A DNA stretch of 64,000 nucleotides from Meiothermus cerbereus (GTDB taxonomy: Bacteria; Deinococcota; Deinococci; Deinococcales; Thermaceae), in assembly GCF_051297115.1 (NCBI RefSeq), contig NZ_JBEVAL010000010.1, positions 107-64,106 of the forward strand, read 5' to 3'. Shown here in pieces: positions 30,300 to 38,881 of the stretch. Positions within the stretch are counted from its first letter, which is position 1. Each line of letters starts with the position of its first letter. Position numbers and translations under genes: made by a program. The notes beneath the pieces are model-generated. The model had not been told where the DNA came from. It made no database searches and saw nothing but the letters and a program-made list of their open reading frames with translations.

Positions 30300-31367
30300 A
30301 TGATGCGTTTTTGGTTCTTTATGCTGGTGCTGTCGATGGGGGGCGTGCTGGCGCAACAAAACCCTGCCCAGCCTGCCTCAAAGCCGCAGTCCCAGGCCAG
30401 CTTATGCGTCGTGCTGTACGAGGCTGGGCGTCCCGAGGCAGCGCTTCCGGCCTGCGAGCGGGCGGTAAAAGATGCTCCCAGCGCTGAAAATCTTTACCTG
30501 CTGGCAAGGGTACAGTCCGAGCTAAACCGCTTTACCGCAGCCATTGAGAACCTGCGCCGTTCGATTACCCTCAACAGCAGCTTTACCCAGTCTTATGTGG
30601 CCCTGGCCCAGGTGTATGTGCGCCAGTACCTGCTGTCAGAAAACCGAGAAGCCTCTAAGGGTTTGCTGGATCAGGCCCTGAACATTCTGCGCGAAGCCGA
30701 GCGAGTCAACCCCAGGTATGCCCCCATTTATGCCACCCGCGGGGCAGTTCTCGCATATCAAAACAGGCTAGACCAGGCCATTGAATCCATCAACCGCTCA
30801 CTGACCATCAAAGATGAGCCGGTTGTGCGGGCTCTGCTGGCCGATATTTATATCCGCCAGGGCAAATGGGATGAAGCCCTCAAGAACTACGATGAAGCGG
30901 TCAAGGCGGCCCCCAAAAACTCTAATCTGCGGGTCAAGTACGGCAGCTTGCTGCTGCTGCGGGGCAACGTCGATCTGGCCATTGAGCACCTAGACCAGGC
31001 CGTTATTCTGAGCCCCGGTAACGCTGAGGCCTGGCTGCGCCGCGGTGATGCCTACTACGAAAAGAAAGACTGGCAGCAGGCCGGGGTTTCTTACCAGCAA
31101 ACCGTAGCCCTTTCACCGGTTCGTTATCCGGATGCCTATATCGGTTTGGGACAGGTTTTGATCGAACTTAAGGATTACCAGAAGGCCCGTTTCAACTTTA
31201 CCAAGGCGGTGGCCCTGGAGCAGGACAACCCGGTTTACCGCTTCTGGTTATGCCGTGCCAACGAGCTGTTGGGTGACAAGGCTGGGGCTAAGGCGCAGTG
31301 CGAACAGGCCCTCAAGCTGCGGCCCGATTTCAAAGAAGCCCAGGATGTGCTCAATCGCCTGAAATAA
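30300..31367 (+). CDS. Secreted TPR-repeat protein
   Basis: AGGAGG followed by ATG at 30300, signal peptide MMRFWFFMLVLSMGGVLA, and multiple TPR-like A/Y/L repeats. The ORF-track start at 30135 overlaps hslU. Confidence 0.75.
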   Translation: MMRFWFFMLVLSMGGVLAQQNPAQPASKPQSQASLCVVLYEAGRPEAALPACERAVKDAPSAENLYLLARVQSELNRFTAAIENLRRSITLNSSFTQSYVALAQVYVRQYLLSENREASKGLLDQALNILREAERVNPRYAPIYATRGAVLAYQNRLDQAIESINRSLTIKDEPVVRALLADIYIRQGKWDEALKNYDEAVKAAPKNSNLRVKYGSLLLLRGNVDLAIEHLDQAVILSPGNAEAWLRRGDAYYEKKDWQQAGVSYQQTVALSPVRYPDAYIGLGQVLIELKDYQKARFNFTKAVALEQDNPVYRFWLCRANELLGDKAGAKAQCEQALKLRPDFKEAQDVLNRLK

Positions 31368-31394
31368 AGCGGCGCTTACGAATAGTTTTTAGCT

Positions 31395-31433
31395 CCAGCC
31401 CTGACCCCACAAGGAAGGGCTGGGGGTTTTTTT
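31395..31433 (+). terminator. Intrinsic terminator after the TPR gene
   Basis: Stem ccagccc/gggctgg followed by ggg and TTTTTTT. Confidence 0.75.
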
Positions 31434-31514
31434 GCTAAGCGCGGCAGGCTTTTCTGATGAAAACTTTTTGTAGTTGATATTTACGTCTAAAACAAAATAG
31501 TGTAGATTGTGTCC

Positions 31515-32450
31515 ATGAGCTGGAAGCTGGAAGCCTGGAATCCTGAGTATGCCCTGCCGGACAGGCTAGAAGAAGGTGAGGGCCTCGAGGATATCAAAGC
31601 GCACTACGAAGGTGACTGGACGGCCCGTACCCCAAAAAGGCAAGCACCCAACGACTGGCCCATTGTGTACCTGGTGGATGGCCGCCAGCGCATAGATGCT
31701 CAGATTGCCAACTCGCGGGGCCGCCGAGCCCTGCTGGCTACCGTGATAGCAGGGGCCGTGCTGCGCGATGGCGCAGGTATCCGCCCGGTGGGGGAGCCCC
31801 TAAAACGCCATATTTTGCTGCACAGCGGCGACCTCGAGGAGCCTCTGCCCCAAGGCCTGGGCCACTACCAGCCGGTGGAGACTAAAAAATCCGACCCCGC
31901 CAGCATGCGCTCCAGGGTAACCGAGGAGATGCGGCGCCTGGAGGCCAGCCTGGTGAATGAGCTAGAGGGGGGGCTAGTGATTGTGGACGGGCAGATATAC
32001 CAAGGTGAAACGTCGTACACCGCACCAGAGCGAGTTCTGGGCTACACCAAGACCCAGGCCGCCATCTATCTGGGCGCAGAGCAACAAGCCCTGTTGTACG
32101 AACTCAAACCCTACCAGCGCACGCCCATTTTTAAGATTCCTGGCAAAGCCATCAACCGTCCGCTGGATGTTTTCTCCTGGTACGTGCGGCTGCCCCTAAA
32201 GCCAACGGCCACCTTCTACACCGGCGCTTCGCTCTTGCGCGTCGAGACCATCAGCCCGGAGGCTTACGAGGCCATCCGTCTGGCCGACCTTTCGGTAAAC
32301 ATCTTTTGTGATATGGCCTCTTCCCCCGCGAAAGACCCCCGTGCCCCCCAGAACCTGATTCCCATTGGAGGGCTCGAGCAGTGGCTGGGTCGTCATCTGG
32401 GCCAGGGGGAAGTGGCGCGGCGTAGAATCATGCAAGCGCTATTTAACTAA
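31515..32450 (+). CDS. nurA: NurA-like nuclease (HerA partner)
   Basis: About 310 aa and translationally adjacent to HerA, with Asp-Gly motifs (YLVDGR, VIVDGQ). Called mainly from the conserved NurA-HerA pairing in Deinococcus-Thermus. TAGATT lies 6 nt before the ATG. Confidence 0.6.
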   Translation: MSWKLEAWNPEYALPDRLEEGEGLEDIKAHYEGDWTARTPKRQAPNDWPIVYLVDGRQRIDAQIANSRGRRALLATVIAGAVLRDGAGIRPVGEPLKRHILLHSGDLEEPLPQGLGHYQPVETKKSDPASMRSRVTEEMRRLEASLVNELEGGLVIVDGQIYQGETSYTAPERVLGYTKTQAAIYLGAEQQALLYELKPYQRTPIFKIPGKAINRPLDVFSWYVRLPLKPTATFYTGASLLRVETISPEAYEAIRLADLSVNIFCDMASSPAKDPRAPQNLIPIGGLEQWLGRHLGQGEVARRRIMQALFN

Positions 32451-32464
32451 TTTGGGAGGAAGTT

Positions 32465-34234
32465 GTGAAACAAGTGGGAATGGTACTGGGTAGCCGTGAG
32501 GCAGGTGCGTTGGATTTTTGGGTTGCCGTAGAAGAGGGCCAGTACCTGCGCCTCGACGACCTGGTCTACGTCGAATTTCGCCACCCCGACCCGCGCAAGG
32601 GCGATGCTAGTGGCAATGTGCGCTATTACGGCATGGTAGACCACGTCATCAAGCTCTACGAGGGCTCGCAATTCGACACCGACGTGTTTCTGGCCCGGCG
32701 CGACCTGTTGCCGGTAAGCCTCTCCTACGCAGCACACGTGCAGGTTACCCGCCTGCTGCCGGAGGAGTACCTGCCACCCGACCCCGGCTCACCGGTCTAT
32801 CTGGCCCAGGAAGAGGCCCTGGGCTTGGCCCTTTATTACGACCGGATGCAAGAGCAAAAACTGCCGGTAGGGCTACTCAAGAATGGCGAGGTGGCCTACA
32901 TCAACTTCGAATTCCTAAATGGCTTCAAAGGCGGGCACGTTAACATTTCGGGGGTCTCGGGGGTAGCAGCCAAGACCAGCTACGCTACCTTCTTGCTGCA
33001 CAGCATTTTCCAGTCGCCCGCCAACCAGCAAAAAGCCAACTCCAAGGCCCTGATTTTCAACGTGAAGGGCGAAGACCTGTTCTATCTCGACAAGGACAAC
33101 AGCGGCCTAAACGACGAGGCCAGGGAAACCTATCGCAGGCTGGGCCTTCCGGCCAAAGCCTTCCAGAGCGTGGCTTTTTTGGCCCCCCCTCGCAAAACGC
33201 CCGGCGACATCCTGGCCGATGTGGCCCGCCCTGATGCCCCGGCTTACTACTGGGACCTGGTGCAGTTTTGTCGTGATGGCCTGCTTCCATTTCTATTTAC
33301 CGACCGGGGGGCCATGAGCAACCTGGGGTTCCTGATTGACCAGGTTACCGAGCGCCTGCGCCGTCTGGTAGGCGACGAAAACGACAAAGACGGCCAGAAA
33401 GGCCCCCATCTGGTTGTAGACGACTGGTTCGATGAGCAGTCGGCTGCGGATGCCAGCGTCACCTTTAGCGAGCTGGGCAAACTCAAGATTACCAGCTTCG
33501 CTCAGCTAGTACGCTACATCGAGTACAAGCTGCTGGGGCCCGAGTCGGCTGAAGACGAGGAAAAGCAAAAGGGCGACCCGCGCTGGACAGCCCGCCAGGC
33601 CAGGGGAACCCTCGAGGCCTTTGTGCGTCGTTTGCGCGCAGCCATTGGCAACGTAGAACACCTGATTCGTGGTGACAAAGCCGGTAAACGCCCCAACCCC
33701 CTGGGAAGCCAGGCGCAGGTGAGCGTGGTGGACATTCACCAGCTCTCGGCGCAGGGGCAGATGTTTGTGGTGGGCTCCATTTTGCGCGAGGTTTTCGGGC
33801 GCAAGGAGCGCGGCGATTACCAGGGTCGGGTATTTGTGGTGCTGGACGAGCTCAACAAATATGCCCCCCGCGATGGCGAAAGCCCCATCAAGGACATCTT
33901 GCTTGACATCGCCGAGCGCGGGCGTAGCCTGGGCGTGATTCTGATTGGAGCCCAGCAGACCGCCTCTGAGGTAGAAAGCCGGGTGGTGGGAAACGCCGCC
34001 ATTCGGGTGGTGGGCCGGCTCGATGCAGCCGAAGCTGAACGGCCCGAGTACCGCTACCTTCCTCCTTCCTTCCGTCAGCGGGCCATGATCCTGCCGCAAG
34101 GAACGATGATTCTGCACCAGCCTGAAATTCCCGTACCCCTACCCCTCACCTTTCCGCTGCCGGCCTGGGCGATGAAAAAAGACGAGGTACGTGAGGACAT
34201 CTCAGCAGAAAGGCTTTCCAAGCTGATAGATTAA
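32465..34234 (+). CDS. herA: HerA-type (FtsK/HerA superfamily, DUF87-like) hexameric ATPase/helicase
   Basis: P-loop GVSGVAAKTS and Walker B RVFVVLDELNKYAP, then GRSLGVILIGAQQTASEV. GTG start after GGGAGGAAG. Confidence 0.82.
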   Translation: MKQVGMVLGSREAGALDFWVAVEEGQYLRLDDLVYVEFRHPDPRKGDASGNVRYYGMVDHVIKLYEGSQFDTDVFLARRDLLPVSLSYAAHVQVTRLLPEEYLPPDPGSPVYLAQEEALGLALYYDRMQEQKLPVGLLKNGEVAYINFEFLNGFKGGHVNISGVSGVAAKTSYATFLLHSIFQSPANQQKANSKALIFNVKGEDLFYLDKDNSGLNDEARETYRRLGLPAKAFQSVAFLAPPRKTPGDILADVARPDAPAYYWDLVQFCRDGLLPFLFTDRGAMSNLGFLIDQVTERLRRLVGDENDKDGQKGPHLVVDDWFDEQSAADASVTFSELGKLKITSFAQLVRYIEYKLLGPESAEDEEKQKGDPRWTARQARGTLEAFVRRLRAAIGNVEHLIRGDKAGKRPNPLGSQAQVSVVDIHQLSAQGQMFVVGSILREVFGRKERGDYQGRVFVVLDELNKYAPRDGESPIKDILLDIAERGRSLGVILIGAQQTASEVESRVVGNAAIRVVGRLDAAEAERPEYRYLPPSFRQRAMILPQGTMILHQPEIPVPLPLTFPLPAWAMKKDEVREDISAERLSKLID

Positions 34235-34303
34235 GATGGTCGGCGGCCTTCTGCGGGCATTCTTCGGTATCAGACCGGGTGCCGGCCCTCGAGATTATCG
34301 TTT

Positions 34304-34912
34304 GTGGATAGGAAAAACTTGCAAGCCGTGCTGCGTATGTACGCCCAGGGGTACTTTCCCCTGGGAATGGAGCACGGCATTGGCTGGTTCGATCAGCGGG
34401 CCTATGGCACGCCCTACCGCGCCCTAATGCCCCTCGACGAGCGCTTTCACATTCCGCGCAGCCTGCGCCGGGTGCTGAACAGCAGGCGTTTTGAAGTGCA
34501 TATCAACCGCAATTTTGCTGGGGTTCTGCAAGGCTGTGCGACTCGAGGCGGGTCGTATTCAAGTGAAACCTGGCTCACCCCAGAGGTAGCCCAGCTATAC
34601 CTGAGCCTTCACCAGTACGGGTTTGCCCACAGCTTTGAGGCCTGGCACCAGGGCAGGCTGGCAGGTGGCATTCTGGGTGTAGCGCTGGGGGCAGCCTTTA
34701 TTGGCGACAGCATGTTCTATAGCGTTCCCGATGCCTCCAAGGTGGCCCTGGTGCAGCTGGTGGAACACCTGCGGGTACGGGGTTTTGAAATTTTTGATGT
34801 GCAGGTGCAAAACCCCCACCTGGCCAGATTCGGGGCCATAGAGGTAGACCCCCTCGAGTTTCGCCAGCAGCTTTTTCAGGCCATCCAGAAACCGGCCCGG
34901 TTTGTAGACTAA
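34304..34912 (+). CDS. aat: Leucyl/phenylalanyl-tRNA-protein transferase
   Basis: YAQGYFP, ...PRSLRRVLN.. and GESMFS-like (GDSMFY) motifs of L/F-transferase. Confidence 0.85.
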   Translation: MDRKNLQAVLRMYAQGYFPLGMEHGIGWFDQRAYGTPYRALMPLDERFHIPRSLRRVLNSRRFEVHINRNFAGVLQGCATRGGSYSSETWLTPEVAQLYLSLHQYGFAHSFEAWHQGRLAGGILGVALGAAFIGDSMFYSVPDASKVALVQLVEHLRVRGFEIFDVQVQNPHLARFGAIEVDPLEFRQQLFQAIQKPARFVD

Positions 34913-35025
34913 GTGTCTCCATAAGCGAAATGCGAGATGCCGTACCGGAAGTTCGCTTTAGGAATTGCGCCAGGTATGCATTGACTCATTCCGCTGGTTT
35001 TGCCAATCTGCCCTGGCGCAACTTA
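34911..35025 (+). repeat. 115-bp structured dispersed repeat, copy 2
   Basis: 112/115 identical to 2672-2786. It begins inside the aat TAA stop codon. Confidence 0.85.
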
Positions 35026-35202
35026 AACCCAGGGAGGTGTCGCGGGCCAGGTGCTGCTGAGGAAGCTCCAGCAAATGCCAGATTCCCACGGGTGCCCCCA
35101 TTCAGGCCCTGGAATCCGTGGGAATCCCGGCTATTTACCACAACGCATCTTTGTTCCCTTCGGTCGGGGCGGTCTAAACGATCTTGCCAACCCTGGCGTT
35201 GG

Positions 35203-36345
35203 CTAGCGCTTGGACAGGGGCTTATAGGGCAGATCCAGCTTGCCGGTGTAGTGGGAGTCTGGGCGCAGCAGGCGGTTATCCACTTTGGTGTACTCGAGGA
35301 TGTGTGCACACCAGCCCGAGATACGGGCCACCGCAAAAATGGGCGTGAAGAACTCGAGGGGATAGCCCAGGTCGGAGTACACCACCCCGGAGTAGAAGTC
35401 GACGTTCGGGTAGATGCCCTTGGGGTTGTAGATTGCACCAGCCTGGCGCTCGAGCTCCTTCAAAATGCCGTACTCTTTGCTGTGCCCGTGCTTGTGCGCA
35501 ACCTCACCCGCATACTTATCGAGCACCCCGGCCCTGGGGTCATAGGACTTGTACACCCGGTGGCCCATGCCCATCACGCGGCCTTTCTTAGCCTGGAGCT
35601 CAGCCAGCCAGGCTGAGACGTTCTCCGGTTCGCCAATCTCGGCAATCATCTTCATCACTGCCTCGTTGGCCCCGCCGTGCCGAGGCCCTTTAAGGGCGCC
35701 CACCGCCGCCACAATGGAGCTATAAATGTCGGCCTGGGTAGAGTAGGTCGCAATGGCGGTAAAGGTAGAGGCATTAAAGCCGTGTTCGGCCTGCAAAATC
35801 AGGGCTACGTCCATCAGCTTGGTCTCTTCCTTGCTGGGCAGCTTGCCGTTGGACATGTAGAGGAAGTTGGCCGCGTGGGACAAGCCTTTGCGGGGGGCAA
35901 GAATTTTTTGCCCCTCGCGGTGGCGCTTGGTGGCCGCTACGATGGTGGCAAACTTGGCTATGAGCGAGAGCGATTTCTCGTAAAGCGCCTCGGGCGATAC
36001 GTCGCCTTCGGTGGGGTCGGTCATGCCCAGCTCGCTCACCGCCGTACGGAGCATGGACATGGGGTGTGCGTCGCGGGGGAACTGTTTGATTTGCTTGATG
36101 ACGGAAGGCGGCAAAGCCCGCAGCGAGGCCAGCCTGGCACTGAAGGCCTTGAGCTCCGCTTTGTTGGGTAGGTGGCCGTGCAGAAGTAGGTAGGTTACCT
36201 CCTCGAAAGTGGAGTACTCGGCCAGATCCTGGATTTTGTAGCCAGCATAGTACAGGCGACCCTGATCGCCATCGATAAAGCACAGGCTGCTTTCGGTGAA
36301 AATGACGTCTTCCAGACCTCGAGCAATGGTTACGGTTGCACTCAT
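35203..36345 (-). CDS. gltA: Citrate synthase
   Basis: GYKIQDLAE..., [19 protein letters not shown] active-site motifs. Confidence 0.95.
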   Translation of the reverse strand: MSATVTIARGLEDVIFTESSLCFIDGDQGRLYYAGYKIQDLAEYSTFEEVTYLLLHGHLPNKAELKAFSARLASLRALPPSVIKQIKQFPRDAHPMSMLRTAVSELGMTDPTEGDVSPEALYEKSLSLIAKFATIVAATKRHREGQKILAPRKGLSHAANFLYMSNGKLPSKEETKLMDVALILQAEHGFNASTFTAIATYSTQADIYSSIVAAVGALKGPRHGGANEAVMKMIAEIGEPENVSAWLAELQAKKGRVMGMGHRVYKSYDPRAGVLDKYAGEVAHKHGHSKEYGILKELERQAGAIYNPKGIYPNVDFYSGVVYSDLGYPLEFFTPIFAVARISGWCAHILEYTKVDNRLLRPDSHYTGKLDLPYKPLSKR

Positions 36346-36406
36346 AGACTCTCCTTAAGCTCGCCCGACCGCAGTCGGCTATAGCCTGTGTATTGTATCG
36401 CGCTTT

Positions 36407-37207
36407 TTACACCGAAATACCGCACCAAAGCTCATAATCTTGCAGTGTAGTTACACTAGGGTGTTCGCCACACACCCCGCAGTCCGGGCGGCGGGGAAAA
36501 CCAAGGCGGTGGAAGCGCGCCTGCAAGCCGTCGTACAGCAGAAGCTGGCCGGACAGCACCTCCCCCAGCCCCAGCAGCACCTTGAGCGCCTCGGTGGCCA
36601 TCAGGCTGCCAATCACACCGGGAAGCACCCCAAACACCCCGGCTTCCGCACAGTTGGGAACCGTTCCAGGCCTGGGCGGCTGGGGAAACAAACAGCGGTA
36701 ACAGGGTCCTCCCTGGTAATGAAAAACCGAGAGCTGGCCCTCAAACTGGTGAATGGCCCCGTAAACCAGCGGTTTATCCAGCAAAACACAGGCGTCGTTG
36801 ATCAGGTAGCGGGTAGGAAAGTTGTCGGTGCAGTCGATGATGAGATCGTAGGGCTCCAGCAGCCCTAAGGCGTTTTCAGCGGTAATGCGCTGGGCATAGG
36901 CTTCTACCCGGAGGTGGGGGTTAAGGCTTTCCAGCCGACTTTTAGCTATCTCGGCCTTGCGCTGTCCGATGGATGCGGTATCGAACAGTACCTGCCGCTG
37001 CAGGTTGGAGAGGTCTACCCTATCCATTTCTACCAGGCCCAGGCGGCCCACCCCCGCTGCGGCCAGGTACATGAGCACCGGCGAGCCCAGGCCCCCTGCG
37101 CCCACCACCAGCACGGAGCTTTGCTTGAGCCTGGCCTGGCCTGCGCCACCCACCCCTGGCAGCACAATGTGGCGGGCGTAACGGTCCAGCTCCTCTTTGG
37201 TCCACAT
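36407..37207 (-). CDS. moeB: MoeB/ThiF/TtuC-type E1-like adenylyltransferase
   Basis: RYARHIVLPGVGGAGQARL, the VVGAGGLGSP nucleotide loop and two CxxC pairs (CYRC, CGVC). No rhodanese domain. Confidence 0.85.
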   Translation of the reverse strand: MWTKEELDRYARHIVLPGVGGAGQARLKQSSVLVVGAGGLGSPVLMYLAAAGVGRLGLVEMDRVDLSNLQRQVLFDTASIGQRKAEIAKSRLESLNPHLRVEAYAQRITAENALGLLEPYDLIIDCTDNFPTRYLINDACVLLDKPLVYGAIHQFEGQLSVFHYQGGPCYRCLFPQPPRPGTVPNCAEAGVFGVLPGVIGSLMATEALKVLLGLGEVLSGQLLLYDGLQARFHRLGFPRRPDCGVCGEHPSVTTLQDYELWCGISV

Positions 37208-37240
37208 ACCAGCACTATAGCAACCCTGCGCCTGAAGCGT

Positions 37241-37633
37241 TCAGTCTTCCTCGAGCCAGACCAGCACCTCTTCCCCTTGCGGTAGCCAAAAAGCCCGCAG
37301 GTGTTCTGTGCGCATATCGAAGATTACGTAAGGGACACGCCAGAAGGCCTGGGCGCGGTCAGTTTCACTGGGCTGCGCGGGCCCATTGGGGTGGGAGTGA
37401 AAAATTGCCACGAGCTCGAGGCCCGCCCGTTCGCTATACCGAACTGCTTCGATGAGGGACTGGGGTTCTGCCTGGTAGCGTTCCCAGGGTCGGGCGTGAA
37501 CGTTATGCAAGGGCCAGACCTCAGAGACCCGCCTTGCCCGGCCCAGCCATAGCCCCACCCCTTCGTGGGGCATGGCCGCCCGCAGGTGGGAAAGGGTTTG
37601 CTCGAGGCATGTCCTGGGCAGGCGCACAATCAT
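37241..37633 (-). CDS. JAMM/MPN+ family metalloprotease (Mov34/Mec+-like)
   Basis: PHEGVG glutamate plus HSHPNGPAQPSETD (the HxHx7Sx2D JAMM motif). 130 aa. Confidence 0.82.
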   Translation of the reverse strand: MIVRLPRTCLEQTLSHLRAAMPHEGVGLWLGRARRVSEVWPLHNVHARPWERYQAEPQSLIEAVRYSERAGLELVAIFHSHPNGPAQPSETDRAQAFWRVPYVIFDMRTEHLRAFWLPQGEEVLVWLEED

Positions 37634-38313
37634 GTCTGCGTGGGAAGCAACAAGACCTCACTCAAAAACCGATTGAGCGGCAGCAGCCTGCGAAAGGTCT
37701 TTTCTACTGTATCGCTAAACTCTTCCGAAACAACTATTTCCTCGGACAGGTTGTACGAGACTGTAAAACTACGCTGCTTCAGGTCTTCGATAAGTGGGTG
37801 ATGGGGGTCAAAGCCTTTGGGCGGGCGGGTTAGTTTGCCCTCTCCATCGAGCTTTAGCTTCTTGCGGAGCATCAACCAGCGGGGATCCTGGCGGGCAATG
37901 GCCGCACGGATGCGCCGCAGGTTTTCGGGCTCAGGCATCCACATTCCGGCTCCCAGAAAGCAGTTGTCGGGCTCGAGGTGGATGTAAAAACCCGGCATGT
38001 GCACATCTTGCCCCAGGCGGTGGCGAAACTGAGCCGCGGCATGGGTCTTGTAGGGGGCTTTGTTGGCGCTAAAGCGGGTATCGCGGTGGATGCGAAAGAG
38101 ACTTTGGGGGCCCGCTACATAGTCCGGGTTTATTTTCTCCAGGCGCGGAGCAAAATCTGCAATAAAGCGCAGAAACGGCTGCCGAACCCAGGCCTCGTAG
38201 CGGGGCTTGTTGGCCTTGAACCATTCCCGTTGGTTGTTGTAACGCAGCTCAATCAGAAACTGGAAAAGTTCGGAGGAAAAATAGGCTTGCTTCGTACCCT
38301 TGACAGCGGCCAT
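37630..38313 (-). CDS. DUF2461 (TIGR02453) family protein
   Basis: FQFLIELRYNNQREWF...RIHRDTRFSANKAPYKTH signature. The stop overlaps the JAMM start (ATGA). ATG 38313 is preferred. Confidence 0.78.
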   Translation of the reverse strand: MAAVKGTKQAYFSSELFQFLIELRYNNQREWFKANKPRYEAWVRQPFLRFIADFAPRLEKINPDYVAGPQSLFRIHRDTRFSANKAPYKTHAAAQFRHRLGQDVHMPGFYIHLEPDNCFLGAGMWMPEPENLRRIRAAIARQDPRWLMLRKKLKLDGEGKLTRPPKGFDPHHPLIEDLKQRSFTVSYNLSEEIVVSEEFSDTVEKTFRRLLPLNRFLSEVLLLPTQT

Positions 38314-38374
38314 TGGCGTAACGTTAACGGTTGTAGGAATTGTTGCCAAGGCTCGAGCCGGCGCCAAATCAACG

Positions 38375-38881
38375 CTAGTTGAGCTTCGCCAGCGCAGCCT
38401 GAAGTTGCTCCGGGCTCATGTAGCCTGGTACCGCCCCCACCAACTTGCCCTTGGAGTCGTAAAAATAGTTGGCGGGGTAGCCATTTACCCTCAGCGACCT
38501 GGAAACCATGCGCAAGGCATCCTGATACACCGCTGCACTGGCAAAACCCCGGGTGTCGTGGAACTGGCGTATCAGCTGGGCCGGCTCGCCGTCGTTCACA
38601 AAGGCGAACTGAACGTCTGGACGCTGGCGGGCTATCGCTTCAAACTCGGGGAGCTGCCGCTGGCAGTACGAGCACCAGGTGACCCAGACGGTGAGCACGG
38701 TGGGCTTTCCACTCTGGAGCTGTACGCTGCTCCCGTCGAGGCGGACCAACTGGGCCTGTGGCAAATCCCCGCTTCTTTGCGGTGGTGAGGAAAACAAGGC
38801 CAGCACAAGCAGGCCAACTGCAATAAGGCCAACGATGCCCAGTTGCAAAGCAGGGGAAAGTTTTTTGGGTGCAGCTTCCAT
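38375..38881 (-). CDS. TlpA/ResA-like membrane-anchored thiol-disulfide oxidoreductase
   Basis: Transmembrane anchor then WVTWCSYCQRQ (CxxC thioredoxin fold). ATG 38881 lies 7 nt after TGcTAGACT. The ORF-track start is 38911. Confidence 0.8.
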   Translation of the reverse strand: MEAAPKKLSPALQLGIVGLIAVGLLVLALFSSPPQRSGDLPQAQLVRLDGSSVQLQSGKPTVLTVWVTWCSYCQRQLPEFEAIARQRPDVQFAFVNDGEPAQLIRQFHDTRGFASAAVYQDALRMVSRSLRVNGYPANYFYDSKGKLVGAVPGYMSPEQLQAALAKLN

